Assembly (NCBI RefSeq): GCF_006345805.1
Contig: NC_043004.1
Coordinates: 3,534,001-3,598,000, forward strand
Reading direction: 5' to 3'
Source: Octopus sinensis
Lineage: Eukaryota
Length of the DNA: 64,000 nucleotides
Shown here in pieces: positions 1-12,221 of the stretch (its first letter is position 1; the number at the start of each line of letters is the position of its first letter). The notes below the pieces were generated by a model. That model searched no databases, was not told the DNA's origin, and saw only the letters and a program-made list of their open reading frames with translations. A program made the position numbers and the translations under genes.

Positions 1-167
1 TATATATATAGATACATACGTATATATATAGATATATATATATATACAACACATATATATATATACATTTATATACATATATATTTATATAGATATATAT
101 ACACACACACATACTATATATATATATATACTGTATTAATATATATAGATATATATATATATATATA

Positions 168-310
168 ACAAGCTTCTTTCAGTTCCCGTAGACAAAATCT
201 TTGTTTGGCCTGAGGCTTTAGTAGAAATCACTTGCCCTGGGTGCCACACAGTGGGACTGAACCCGGAACCACGTGATTGGGAATTAAAACTTCTTATCAT
301 ACACCCACAC
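168..310 (-). mobile_element. tRNA-derived SINE family A, 5' head fragment (duplicated at ~3351-3495)
   Basis: Reverse complement of the family A head (...GGTTCCGGGTTCAGTCCCACTG...GGCAAGTG...) seen intact at 12613 and 52553. Confidence 0.85.
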
Positions 311-363
311 CTACGCATATATATGCTAGAGAGAGAATGAGAGAGAGCGAGAGAGAGAGAGAG

Positions 364-580
364 AGGTGAGCTAGCAGAATCGTTGGCGCGCTGGACGATA
401 TGTTTAGCGGTATTTCGCCTGTCGTTACGTTGTGAGTTCAAATTCCGCCGAGGTTGACTTTGCCATTCATCCTTTCGGGGTTGATAGATCTAAGTACCAG
501 TTGAACACTGGGGTCGATGTAATCAACTGGTCTCCTCCCTAAGATGGTTTCCCTTGTGGGAAAATTTGAAACCATTATTA
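364..580 (+). mobile_element. tRNA-derived SINE family B (duplicated at ~3570-3790)
   Basis: A-box-like TAGCAGAATCGTTGG, B-box GAGTTCAAATTCC, family B body GACTTTGCC..TCATCCTTTCGGGG, short (ATT)n tail. Confidence 0.88.
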
Positions 581-590
581 TTACTATTAA

Positions 591-720
591 TATTTAAATC
601 AGTTTGATTCCGTTTCTGTGCTACTTCAAGTTTTGCAGGACCCTAAGAAGCATGAAGGAGTCCAGCTCCCGTTAGGGGCCTGCGAAGTAGCACGGAAACC
701 GAATCAAGCTGATTTAAATA
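591..720. mobile_element. Small hairpin/MITE-like element (second copy ~3797-3925)
   Basis: 591-627 TATTTAAATCAGTTTGATTCCGTTTCTGTGCTACTTC is a near-perfect inverted repeat of 684-720; inner GCAGGACCCTAA/TTAGGGGCCTGC also pair. Confidence 0.7.
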
Positions 721-851
721 ATACATGTAGCTTCTTATAAATGTTTTTAAGTGTCCAGTTCTTTCCTTTGTCCACTCACTCATATATATTATGGCCGTAA
801 GTTGAACCTCCTATCTACTGAGCCGCACGCCTTTATAACGCTATACATGTA

Positions 852-1078
852 TTTGGTTGGTTGGTTGGTTGGTTGGTTGGTTGGTTGGTTGGGTGGTGGT
901 TGGTGGTTGGTTGGTTGGTTGGTTGGTTGGTTGGTTGGTTGGTGGTTGGTTGGTTGGTGGTTGGTTGGTTGGTGGTTGGTGGTGGTTGGTTGGTTGGTTG
1001 GTGGTTGGATGGATGGATGGATGGATGGATGGATGGATGGATGGATGGATGGATGGATGATGGATGGATGGATGGATG

Positions 1079-1114
<36 letters not shown>
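852..1114. repeat. Compound microsatellite (TTGG)n-(ATGG)n-(ATAG)n (copy 2 ~4056-4311)
   Basis: Visible tetranucleotide arrays; source of the WLVG/WMDG/PTNQ ORFs. Confidence 0.97.
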
Positions 1115-2437
1115 TGTTTCTTTATTAGCCACACAGGGCTGCACACAGATAGAACAAATTACAAGGTAGAGCTTTTCTTTTGAAGGTTTAAAAAAAATAA
1201 AATAAAAAAAATTTTTTAATAAAAAATAAAATAAAAATAAAATAAAATAAAAAGGGGGGGGTCGATCAAAAGGGATCGTAAAAGAGAGAAAGAGGACAAA
1301 AAAAAGGGGGGGTTAAAAAAAAGGGGGAGAGGAAAAAAATTGATCAATAGGGATCGTTATCACAGAAATGTCAATATGAAGTGTAAAGGGGAGGACAGGT
1401 GAGGTTTACCCGTGGAAAGAAAAGCCTACGGAAAAGACCACGGTAACCTCGGTCAATGAAGTCACATGTTATATTTCTTTTTTTTTTTTTTTGCAAATAA
1501 GCAACTCTCTGTATTATTTTTACGGTTCATAGAATCATAGTCAAGGTGGCTTCGTCATTCATACGTGCCATCCTTGCTACATTCACCCATCTTTTTTTAA
1601 AACATTCACTAGACTAAACTTGCCTCTCTACTCTCACTTTTTTCTTCAAGTGATACTTGAAGAAGTTGATGAGAGATTGACCAGAGAGGAAAGTGTTTGT
1701 CTCTAATCCTTTCAGACGCGTCCACCAGATACATTCTTTCGCCATAGCCACAAGTATGATAAAAATAGCTTTCCTTCCCGTTTGAAGGAAGGAGGCGTGA
1801 CGATATTAACGATAGACTCGGCTGATAAACCGCACCGTCCCACACGTGACAGCAGTCGTTCGACATAAGCCCACAGGTGGGAAATTGCTGGACACTGCAC
1901 GATTGCGTGCAGAGCGGTTTCGTCGCTCTGCCCGCATCTCGGGCAGGTCGGCCCCGTGTTTCTCGAGCCATGCCTATAGAGCTTATCCCGAACGGGTAGC
2001 GCTTCTCGGTAGCACCGCCAGGCCAGGGATCTCTGGAGTTGTCCATAGGTCCCGGGCCGAAAGTAGTTGTTGAAACAGGCGGGTCAGGTATTCCTCGTCG
2101 ACGCCCAGGTTTGCCCGAGCTCGTCGTCGTACTCCCCTCCACTAATCCCCTATAGAATGCTTTGGTTGTGTGAAGTCACTCAAGGTCGACCCGGGACGGC
2201 AGAGTTGCTTGAGAGCAACGGCGACACTCGCGGTGCCATTCGCCCTTCTCGGCCTCTTTTTGATCCACGACTGTAGTTCGGTCATGGAGACGAGTTGCGG
2301 GAATGCGTGCCTCACAAACGGCGACCACACCTGTTCACCGTCGTCTACATAGAGCCGGAGATGTCGCAGTCTCAGCGCGTGTCCGCGCATCATCAACCAC
2401 GGCATGCCCAGCCCTCCTTTTAACGGGTGTTGACAGC
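1115..2437 (-). mobile_element. 5'-truncated Tx1/L1-clade non-LTR retrotransposon (ORF2 C-terminus with CCHC zinc finger, 3' UTR, AATAAA)
   Basis: Minus-strand remnants CCQHPLKGGLGMPWLM..HALRLRHL, CPRCG-type zinc finger with HAIVQCPAISHLWAYVERLL, AKECIWWTRLKG; stop at 1527-1529; AATAAA at 1121-1126 followed by (ATCT)n. Frameshifted by indels. Confidence 0.85.
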
Positions 2438-2456
2438 AGATAGATAGATAGATAGG

Positions 2457-2541
<85 letters not shown>

Positions 2542-2550
2542 GGATGGATG
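2438..2550. repeat. (AGAT)n microsatellite (copy 2 ~5622-5730)
   Basis: Visible array abutting the 5'-truncation point of the Tx1-like element. Confidence 0.97.
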
Positions 2551-3531
2551 TTTTGGTTATACTATCATTTGTAATAATCTTAAATTTTATCTTTATACAA
2601 CATAACAATATTGTTTATAAACAGTCACCCATAGTACCCTATGATAATTTCCTCTGTATTAACATCATAGGTTTTATTAGCGTCTTGCCCCTTTAACAGG
2701 TAATTAACATCTTGATTTGGGGGTCTTCCTCTACCCATCCTCCTTTATACACAGTTACTTTATACTAATCCTAAAAAATTTTGACAATATTTATAACCAT
2801 ACCCATCTATGTGCTGTCAACTCACCCCTGCCCTCCATTCTAAACAAACACAGTCCTATAGTCTTAGATTTGGTAGTTAATAAAAATCTATTAAATTAAA
2901 AATTAACTGCAATCCTTTACCAGTTAAGACCCCAACAAACTTCATACAGTTCTTAGAAGTGTGTTATATTCTTAGCTACATTAGTAGCAGCATGCATTCT
3001 TTCCATCTTCTTGCTCAATTAGAGCAGTTGAGTAAAATTATATTAATGTGCCCAACTGAATAAAAAGTTCTATTTATTTATTTATGCAGCTGAGGATAGA
3101 CCTGCACTTAAATTGATGCAATGATTGCATTGTTCAATTAAATGGAGCCGCTTGAAACGGTCGTACTGCATCACATCTTGCTATCCTGTTGCTTATTTTG
3201 AGATATATATATATATATGCATACATACATACTTACATAGGAGGGGGTGTATGTATGTACACACACACACACACAACACACACATATATATATATATAAT
3301 ATATATATATATAGGTTATATATATATATAGATATATATATATATATATAACAAGCTTCTTTCAGTTCCCGTAGACCAAAAATCTTTGTTTGGCCTGAGG
3401 CTTTAGTAGAAATCACTTGCCTCCGGGTGCCACACAGTGGACTGAACCCGAACCACGTGATTGGGAATTAAAACTTCTTATCATACACCCACACTTACGC
3501 AATATATGCGAGAGAAAGAATGAGAGGAGAG

Positions 3532-3574
<43 letters not shown>

Positions 3575-4311
3575 TGAGCTAGCAGAATCGTTGGCGCGCT
3601 GGACGATATGTTTAGCGGTATTTCGCCTGTCGTTACGTTGTGAGTTCAAATTCCGCCGAGAGGTTGACTTTGCCATTCATCCTTTCGGGGTTGATAGATC
3701 TAAGTACCAGTTGAACACTGGGTCGAGGTAATCAACTGGTTCTCCCTAAGATGGTTTCCCTTGTGGAAAATTTGAAACCATTATTATTACTATTAATATT
3801 TAATCAGTTTGATTCCGTTTCTGTGTGCTACTTCAAGTTTTGCGGACCCTAAGAAGCATGAAGGAGTCACGCTCCGTTAGGGGCCTGCGAAGTAGCACGG
3901 AAACCGAATCAAGCTGATTTAAATAATACATAGCTTCTTATAAATGTTTTTAAGTGTCCAGTTCTTTCCTTTGTCCACTCACTCATATATATTAGGCCGT
4001 AAGTTGAACCTCCTATCTCTGAGCCGCACGCCTTTTATACGCTATACATGTATTTGGGTTGGTTGGTTGGTTGGTTGGTTGGTTGGTTGGTTGGTTGGTT
4101 GGTTGGTGGTTGGTTGGTTGGTGGTTGGTTGGTTGGTTGGTTGGTTGGTTGGTTGTTGGTTGTTGGTGGTTGTTGGGTTTGGTTGGTTGGTTGGGGGTTG
4201 GTTTGGATGGATGGATGGAGGATGGATGGATGGATGGATGGATGGATGGATGGATGGATGGATGGATGGATGGATGGATAGATAGATAGATAGATAGATA
4301 GATAGTAGATA

Positions 4312-5621
4312 TGTTTCTTTATTAGCCACACAGGGCTGCACAAAGATAGAACAAATTACAAGGTAGAGCTTTTTTCTTTTGAAGGTTTTTAAAAAATAAA
4401 TAATAAAAAAATTTTTTTTAATAAAAAATAAAATAAAATAAAATAAAAAGGGGGGGGTCGATCAAAAGGGATCGTAAAAGGAGAGAAAGAGGAACAAAAA
4501 AAGGGGGTTAAAAAAAAGGGGGAGAGGAAAAAAATTGATCAATAGGGATCGTTATCACAGAAATGTCAATATGAAGTAAAGGGAGACAGGTGAGGTTTAC
4601 CCGTGGAAAGAAAAGCCTACGGAAAAGACCACGGTAACCTCGGTAATGAAGTCACATGTTATATTTCTTTTTTTTTTTTTTTTGCAAATAAGCAACTCTC
4701 TGTATTAATTTTTACGGTTCATAGAATCATAGTCAAGGTGGCTTCGTCATTCATACGTGCCATCCTTGCTACATTCACCATCTTTTTTTAAAACATTCAC
4801 TAGACTAAACTTGCCTCTCTACTCTCACTTTTTTCTTCAAGTGATACTTGAAGAAGTTGATGAGAGATTGACCAGAGAGGAAAGGTGTTGGTCTCTAATC
4901 CTTTCAGACGCGTCCACCAGATACATTCTTTCGCCATAGCCACAAGTATGATAAAAATAGCTCTTCCTTCCCGTTTGAAGGAAGGAGGCGTGACGATATT
5001 AACGATAGACTCGGCTGATAAACCGACACGCCCACACGTGACAGCAGTCGTTCGACATAAGCCCACAGGTGGAGAATTGCTGGACACTGCACGATTGCGT
5101 GCAGAGCGGTTTCGTCGCTCTGCCCGCATCTCGGGCAGGGTCGGCCGTGTTTTCTCGAGCCATGCCTATAGAGCTTATCCCGAACGGGTAGCGCTTCTCG
5201 GTAGCACCGCCAGCCAGGGATCTCTGGAAGTTGTCCATAGGTCCCGGGCGAAAGTCGTTGTTGAACAGGCGGGTCAGGTATTCCTCGTCGACGCCCAGGT
5301 TTGCCCGAGCTCGTCGTCGTACCTCCCCTCCACTAATCCCCTATAGAATGCTTGGTTGTGTTGAAGTCACTCAAGGTCGACCCGGGACGGCAGAGTTGCT
5401 TGAGAGCAACGACACTCGCGGTGCCATTCGCCCTTCTTCGGCCTCTTTTTGATCCACGACTGTAGTTCGGTCATGGAGACGAGTTGCGGGAATGCGTGCC
5501 TACAAACGGCGACCACACCTGTTCACCGTCGTCTACATAGAGACCGGAGATGTCGCAGTCTCAGCGTGTCTGCGCATCATCAACCACGGCATGCAGCCCT
5601 CCTTTTAACGGTGTTGACAGC
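4312..5621 (-). mobile_element. Second (duplicated) copy of the Tx1/L1-like element
   Basis: Same sequence and junctions as 1115-2437 with different indels; ORF track shows MDNFQRSLA, LSAESIVNIVTPPSFKREGRAIFIILVAMAKECIWWTRLKG. Confidence 0.85.
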
Positions 5622-5640
5622 AGATAGATAGATAGATAGG

Positions 5641-5684
<44 letters not shown>

Positions 5685-6438
5685 GATAGATAGATAGATA
5701 GATAGATAGATGGATAGATAGATGGATGGATGTTTTGGTTATACTATCATTTGTAATAATCTTAAATTTTCTTTATACAACATAACAATATTGTTATAAA
5801 ACAGTCACCCATAGTACCCTATGATAATTTCCTCTGTATTAACATCATAGTTTTATTAGCGTTCTTGCCCCTTTAACAGGTAATTAACATCTTGATTTGG
5901 GGGTCTTCCTCTACCCATCCTTTATATACACAGTTACTTTATACTAATCCTAAAAAATTTTGACATATTTATAACCATACCCATCTATGTGCTGTCAACT
6001 CACCCCTGCCCTCCATTCTAAACAAACACAGTCCTATAGTCTTAGATTTGGTAGTTAATAAAAAATCTAGTAAATTAAAAATTAACTGCAATCCTTTACC
6101 AGTTAAGGACCCCAACAACTTCATACAGTTCTTAGAAGTGTGTTATATTCTTAGTACATAGTAGCAGCATGCATTCTTTCCATCTTCTTGCTCAATTAGA
6201 GCAGTTGAGTAAAATTATATTAATGTGCCCAACTGATAAAAAGTTCTATATATGCAGCTGAGGATAGACCTGCACTTAAATTGATGCATGATTGCATTGT
6301 TCAATTAAATGGAGCCGCTTGAAACGGTCGTACTGCATCACATCTTGCTATCCTGTTGCTTTTTTTGAGATATATATATATGCATACATACATACTTACA
6401 TAGGAGGGGGTGTATGTATGTACACACACACACACACA

Positions 6439-6472
<34 letters not shown>

Positions 6473-6521
6473 GCATGCATACATACACACATACATAGGA
6501 GGGGTGTATATATATATTATA

Positions 6522-6742
6522 AGGCGAGCTGGTAGAAACGTTAGCACGCCGGGCGAAATTCGTAGCCGTATTTCGTCTGTCGTACGTCCGAGTTCAAATT
6601 CCGCCGAGGTCGACTTCCTTTCATCCTTTCGGGTCGATAATTAAGTACCAGTTACGCATGGGGTCGAGTATGTAGTCGACTTAATCTTTGTATGTCTTGT
6701 TTGTCCCCTCTGTGTTTAGCCCCTTGTGGGTAGTAAAGAAAT
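6522..6742 (+). mobile_element. SINE family B
   Basis: AAGGCGAGCTGGTAGAAACGTTAGCACG head, B-box GAGTTCAAATTCC, tail GTAGTAAAGAAATA; several single-base deletions. Confidence 0.9.
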
Positions 6743-6752
6743 ATATATATGT

Positions 6753-6790
<38 letters not shown>

Positions 6791-7304
6791 GTATATCTAT
6801 GTATAAACACACACACATATATAACGCTCAATGCTTCTTTCCCTCTTGTGTGTACGTGAATACGCAAAAAGCCAACAGAAGTCTAAAATCCTCCGTAAAC
6901 TAATGTTTGTTAAACCATCATAAATTATCTATACATGAAATACAATATAATATTGAATATTATGTATAAATAATTATATATATACATAGATATATAGATA
7001 CACACACAACACACACACACACACACACTATATATATATATATATATACATACACACACACAATATATAAGAAAATAACAAATATATACACATACATATA
7101 CGCAGATGCACATATACATATAATATGACCACACACACACACACACACGTCACAGCTACAGCCTGTAGGTGCTGCTATAGGTTGCAGAGGTATTTATCTA
7201 ACAGCTTTGTGATTTTATTTGATAATGTACACAGCTATAATGTCGTCAATCCTTTATCGCTTGAATCATTCAATCGTTTTTATGACTGCCCCAAACGAAC
7301 ACCT

Positions 7305-7340
<36 letters not shown>

Positions 7341-8019
7341 CACACACTTTCACCGCCTGATGTTGCCTTTTTCTTTTCTGCCTCTTCTTTTCCCTTTCTT
7401 TCCCGGCGGCCGTTTTTATGACTCTTTGTCACAGTGCCGTCGCACGATGCCGAGCCCTTACTGGCAAACACTTTCATAATCCATAAATGAATAATTAAAA
7501 GAGCGTCTTTCAAACTAATGGAACTAACATTGAGCAATTATAGACAATTAAATCATATTGATAATAAAAATTATCCGCGAATTCCAGGTTAACAAGTCCG
7601 ATTGATTCGGGGTTTTTTCTTTCTTTTTTTTTTTTGTTCTTGTCACAAATAAACGATGAAACAAGTTGATCAGAGACAATCATTTGTCAAACATGAAAAT
7701 AACAAAAACAAAACAAAAAAATTTAGATTTTTTTTTTTTACTTTTTTAACCTAAAACATTGACATTAACCAAGCAGAAACTATCGATTTCTAGCATCACA
7801 AAACCACAAATATCTATAAAAAAATTTTTTTAAAGTAAAAAAACATTCAGGGTAGAATTTATATTTAAATCGATTAAAAGTATTTGAAATGATTACAACC
7901 GATTGCATTGTGGTCCTCAATTATGAAAGATAAAGGTAGCTGATTACAGGACTTGAACCATAGACGTCTAAGGACAAAGTTTAATTACAATAACGTATTT
8001 GATTTCTGTAAGGACGGCA

Positions 8020-8596
8020 ATCATCATCATCATTGTTCGACTGAAGTCAAGACAATGGAATTTACTATGTTACGCTAGACTTCACGGTCCATCATAGCAT
8101 TACGGAGGTCCTATTGCTGGATGCCTGTATCCCTGGAGATTACATCATGGTAGGAGAGTGTGCGCCCTCTGGTATCGCGAGCAGATGGCTTCCAGAGAAG
8201 AGTAGAAATTGCCTCGTTTTCAGCTCTATAACAATGTCCAGCAAACTGGACTCTTCTACCTTTCACAAGAGATGATACAGGTGGTAATTTCCCATATACT
8301 TGTACTTTGGTTGGATGACGCTTCCATGAGAGATTTTGAGCTCTCATAAGGAGGTGAATGTAAGTTCCACCCAACCACCTCTCAAGCTTCTTTGATAACG
8401 TCCAGGTTTCTGAGCCATATAGTAAAATTGATTCGACTGTGGCTTTGAAGATTTTAAGTTTGAAATCTCTACTTAGATTTGATGACCAGATCTTATGCAT
8501 ATCATTACAGGCTGACCAGTCCATACCCTTTCTAGTTAGAAAATCTTGTTCAGATGATGATATGTATGACCCAAGATATTTGTAATCAGAAACCAT
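8020..8596 (-). mobile_element. 5'-truncated RTE-clade LINE 3' end (RT C-terminal region)
   Basis: YKYLGSYIS, KLKIFKATVESILLYGSETWTL, RRVQFAGHCYR motifs in ORF 8111-8818; short (TGA)n tail at ~8020-8033. Confidence 0.85.
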
Positions 8597-8619
8597 ATTT
8601 AAGAGCGTATTGTTGAGAG

Positions 8620-8810
8620 TAAGGCATGCTAACAGAATCATCGGCGCGCCGGACAAAATGCTTAGCGACATTTCTTCAGGCTCTTTATGTTCTGAGTTCA
8701 AATGCTTCCTAGGTCGACTTTGCTTTGGGGTTGGTAAAATAAAGTACCCATTAATTACTGAGTTCAATGTAATTGCCCTACCCCTCCTCTCAAAATTTTT
8801 GGCCTTGGTC
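8620..8810 (+). mobile_element. Degenerate SINE family B
   Basis: CAGAATCATCGGCGCGCCGGACAAAATGCTTAGCG head, TTCTGAGTTCAAAT B-box, GTCGACTTTGC body. Confidence 0.75.
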
Positions 8811-8915
8811 CCCTGCAACGGTCCAGCGTCTCGGTCACTTGTATGATGTCATGGCAACCGGGTAACCGACCTTAGGAATCTCAGGACTCAAAAACATTTC
8901 TTTAATTAGGTACTG

Positions 8916-9270
8916 GCATGGCCGGGTTATCTGAAACTTGCTTCCCAACCACATGATTCCGGGTTCAGATACCTTGTGCAGATGTCTCCTGCTATAGCCT
9001 CGAGCCGACCACAACCTTGTGAGTGGATTAGGTAGACGGAAACTGAAGGAAACCCGTCGTATATATATATGTATGTGTGTGTGTGTTGGCTTCCACTATC
9101 GCTTGACAACCGTTGTTGGTGTGTTTACACCTCCATAACTTTGAGGTTCGGCAAAAAAGAACATGTTTAAAAAATAAGTAGTAGTATCGATTCATCCGAC
9201 TAAACGTTCGTCAAGGCAGTGCTCCAGCATGGCCGCAGTCCAGTGACTGAAACAAGCAAAAGATAATAGA
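8916..9270 (+). mobile_element. SINE family A, internally deleted
   Basis: CCAACCACATGATTCCGGGTTCAG head, internal (TA)/(TG) tract, tail GTGCTCCAGCATGGCCGCAG..CTGAAAC. Confidence 0.85.
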
Positions 9271-9996
9271 TCAAAGATAAGGGGTTCAATTACTCTAAGA
9301 TATTCTGTCAACAATTTTTGCGTGGATACGAACACACATCGTTAGGTTTGAAAAATATTTAGAAAGTTCATTTAAATTTTTAAATATGCAAATTCATGAT
9401 TTGATATTTTGATTTAACGTAAAATAAATAACCCCATCTGAGGAAAGTTCGAGAAAACACTGCAAAGATATTTATGTTTTGAATAACAAAGAAAAGGCTG
9501 AAAATCCTGCGAAACTAAAATCTGAGCGAACAAAACAAACCCGAAAACAGCCGTGGATTTCGGTGTCATTGTTTTTAAAATGTTCGCTTTACAATGATTA
9601 TGTGTTTACTAAAATCAATGGATTTCTTATTTTGAAATCTCTTTAAAATGTAAAACCACTTTTTGTAACGTAATCCCTTCGAATGCGTCCTTAATAAAGC
9701 ATGCATTGTGAGGAGGTCGCTCTAGCGACCGGCATAGCTGTGAATTCTAGCGGCCGATCTATTATCGGTCGATCGAACGGTGGCCACTAACAGGCTAGTA
9801 TCTAACGTATTATTTATTCACCAGAATAAAATAGATAAATAAATAGAGAAACAAATAAGTAAATAAATAGATAAAATAAATGGCGCATTATTTATTTAGA
9901 GGATTGTGTAACTTAATGCTACTTCAATGAAGTCATTCACTTCATTTTCTTTCCACTAATCTCACTTTCATTGAACATGTTTCGTTTATATACACG

Positions 9997-10043
<47 letters not shown>

Positions 10044-10163
10044 TCTTGTGTGACATACGTGTTCTCACAGATAGATGTGCGTGTATGTATGTTATTCTAT
10101 GCATATGTATATAGGTGTAGGCATATTTGCGTATACATTTATGTGCGTGTGTGTGTGTGTGTG

Positions 10164-10223
<60 letters not shown>

Positions 10224-11220
10224 ATATTACATGTGTCAGTGTATGTATAAATATCGCCCACATATACGTACATAGCCTGTCGTTCACTTATGAATCAGCG
10301 CCGCCACGATTAAATATACAAAAGACACGAACACACACAAAAAGAAGAAAAAGTAAAACAAATAGAAATAAAAAATCAAAATAAAAAAAAGAAGAAAGAA
10401 TGATTGAAACAAAAACAAATGCAACATAAAAAAGCAGAGGTTGATATGGACAAAACAAAAAAAAAAGCAAAAATGAGCGTCGAAGTGTTATTGTGAAAAA
10501 GAGCAATATTTACTTAGAATATGAAGGAGTGATGATAATTTAGTCGTAACGTTAGTTGAAACCATTGTTAATCCGTAAACTAACAAAACTACTGGTTCTG
10601 GCCTCTATCAAACACAAAAACGCCATTATCACACATACTATATTAATAATTGCTACTTGATAATACTCCTTATTATAATAGAAATATTATAGATTTAAAA
10701 GAGATTACGTGAGTGACTGAGTGTGGCGGCGGCGGCGGAGGCGGTTTCTGGCTTGGCTTTTGTTTGGCTTTTATTTGCGGCCCCTTTTTTTTTTGTTGTT
10801 GTAGGAGGAGGGGGGGGGTTCTTTTTAACTTTCTCTCGTCATTTCTTGTTGGATGATTTTTCTTATTTTTTATATTGTTTTCTTGTCTTTAAAGGTTTCA
10901 TTGCTGTTGTTGTTGTTGCTGTTTGGGTAGGGTTTTTTAGGGATTTTTTTGTTCTTATTTCGTTCAAAATAAATCCTTCGTGATTTTATAGCATAAAAAG
11001 AAGTTTAAGAAATCATTTTCCTGTTACTTATGTTTGATTTTTGTTTTGTTTGTTGTTATTGTTCAAAAGCTGTGGGTAATTTTGTTGTTGTTCTTCCAGT
11101 TGTTGTTCCTATTTCATTCAAAGTAATTCTTTCTCGCGAAGAACCGTTCAACAAGTTAAAGAAAACGAATATGGACAAAATATGAATAATACGATATTTC
11201 AATATAAAACATAGATAGAG

Positions 11221-12212
11221 GGCGGCGAGCTGGTAGAAACGTTAGCACGCCGGGCGAATTGAGTAGCGGTATTTCGTCTGCCGTTACGTTGTGAGTTCAA
11301 ATTCCGCCGAGGTCGACTTTGCCTCTCCTTCTTTCGGGGTCGATAAATTAAGTACCAGTTACGCACTGGGGTCGATGTGATCGACTTAATACCTATGTCT
11401 GTCCTTGTTTGTCCCCTCTGTGTTTAGCCCCTTGTGGGTAGTAAACAAATAGGTATTTCGTCTGTCTTTACGTTCTGAGTTCAAATTCCGCCGAGGTCGA
11501 CTTTGCCTTTCATCCTTTCGGGGTCGATAAATTAAGTACCAGTTACGCACTGGGGTCGATGTAATCGACTTAATCCGTTTGTCTGTCCTTGTTTGTCCCC
11601 TTTGTGTGTAGCCCCTTGTGGGTAGTAAAGAAATAGGTATTTCGTCTGTCTTTACGTTCTGAGTTCAAATTCCGCCGAGGTCGACTTTGCCTTTCATCCT
11701 TTCGGGGTCGATAAATTAAGTACCAGTTACGCACTGGGGTCGATCTAATCGACTGAATCCGTTTGTCTGTCCTTGTTTGTCCCCTCTATGCTTAGCCCCC
11801 TGTGGGCAATAAAGAAATAAGAATCGTTCGGACGCCGGGCGAAATGCTTAGCGTCTGTCGTTACGTTCTGAGTTCAAATTACGCCGAGGTCGACTATGCC
11901 TTTCATCCTCTCGGGGTCGATAAAATAAGTACCAGTTACGCATTGTGGTCGATGTGATCGACTTAATCCCATAGTTTTCCTTGTTTGTCCCCTCTATGTT
12001 TATCCCCCTGTGAGCAATGAAGAAATAAATATATAACATACAGCGGCGCTGGCAGAATCGTTAGCACTCCAGAAAGAATGCTTATCGGTATTCCGTCCGT
12101 TCTGAGTTTGCCTTCCTTTCGGCGTTGATAAAATATGTACCAGTCAAGCAATGGAGTCTATGCAATCGACTTAACGCCGAACTTGCTGGCCTTGTGCCCA
12201 AATTTGAAACCA
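11221..12212 (+). mobile_element. SINE family B cluster: one head plus three 184-bp tandem body units, followed by two further copies
   Basis: GGTATTT unit starts at 11268, 11452, 11636; each unit carries GAGTTCAAATTCC; new heads at ~11821 and ~12042. Confidence 0.92.
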
Positions 12213-12221
12213 ATAGATAAC

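Larger units (their letters stand above)
130..6470. repeat. Direct tandem duplication, two ~3.17-3.18 kb units (~130-3300 and ~3300-6470)
   Basis: Shared anchors: ACAAGCTTCTTTCAGTTCCC at 168 and 3351; TTGCTATCCTGTTGCT at 3178 and 6345. Same internal order (SINE A, SINE B, hairpin, compound microsatellite, Tx1-like LINE, unique segment). Differences are mostly 1-3 nt indels. Confidence 0.95.

Noticed and set aside
751-1146. ORFs rich in WLVG, WMDG, PTNQ, IHPS
   Set aside because: Translations of (TTGG)n/(ATGG)n/(ATAG)n microsatellites, which lack stops in several frames.
2550-3190. AT-rich 640-bp segment considered as a mitochondrial insertion or decayed ORF
   Set aside because: No long open frame in the frames I checked with the standard or invertebrate mitochondrial code, and no recognisable motif; left unclassified.
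8111-8818. 235-aa ORF as an intact protein
   Set aside because: Chimera: the N-terminal ~75 aa is antisense SINE B, the rest a truncated RTE RT fragment.
10720-10760. (GGC)n tract as a promoter or 5' UTR
   Set aside because: No extended CpG island or linked exon.
11268-11820. Regularly spaced repeats resembling a CRISPR array
   Set aside because: Whole 184-bp units repeat with no unique spacers; eukaryotic SINE context and no cas genes.
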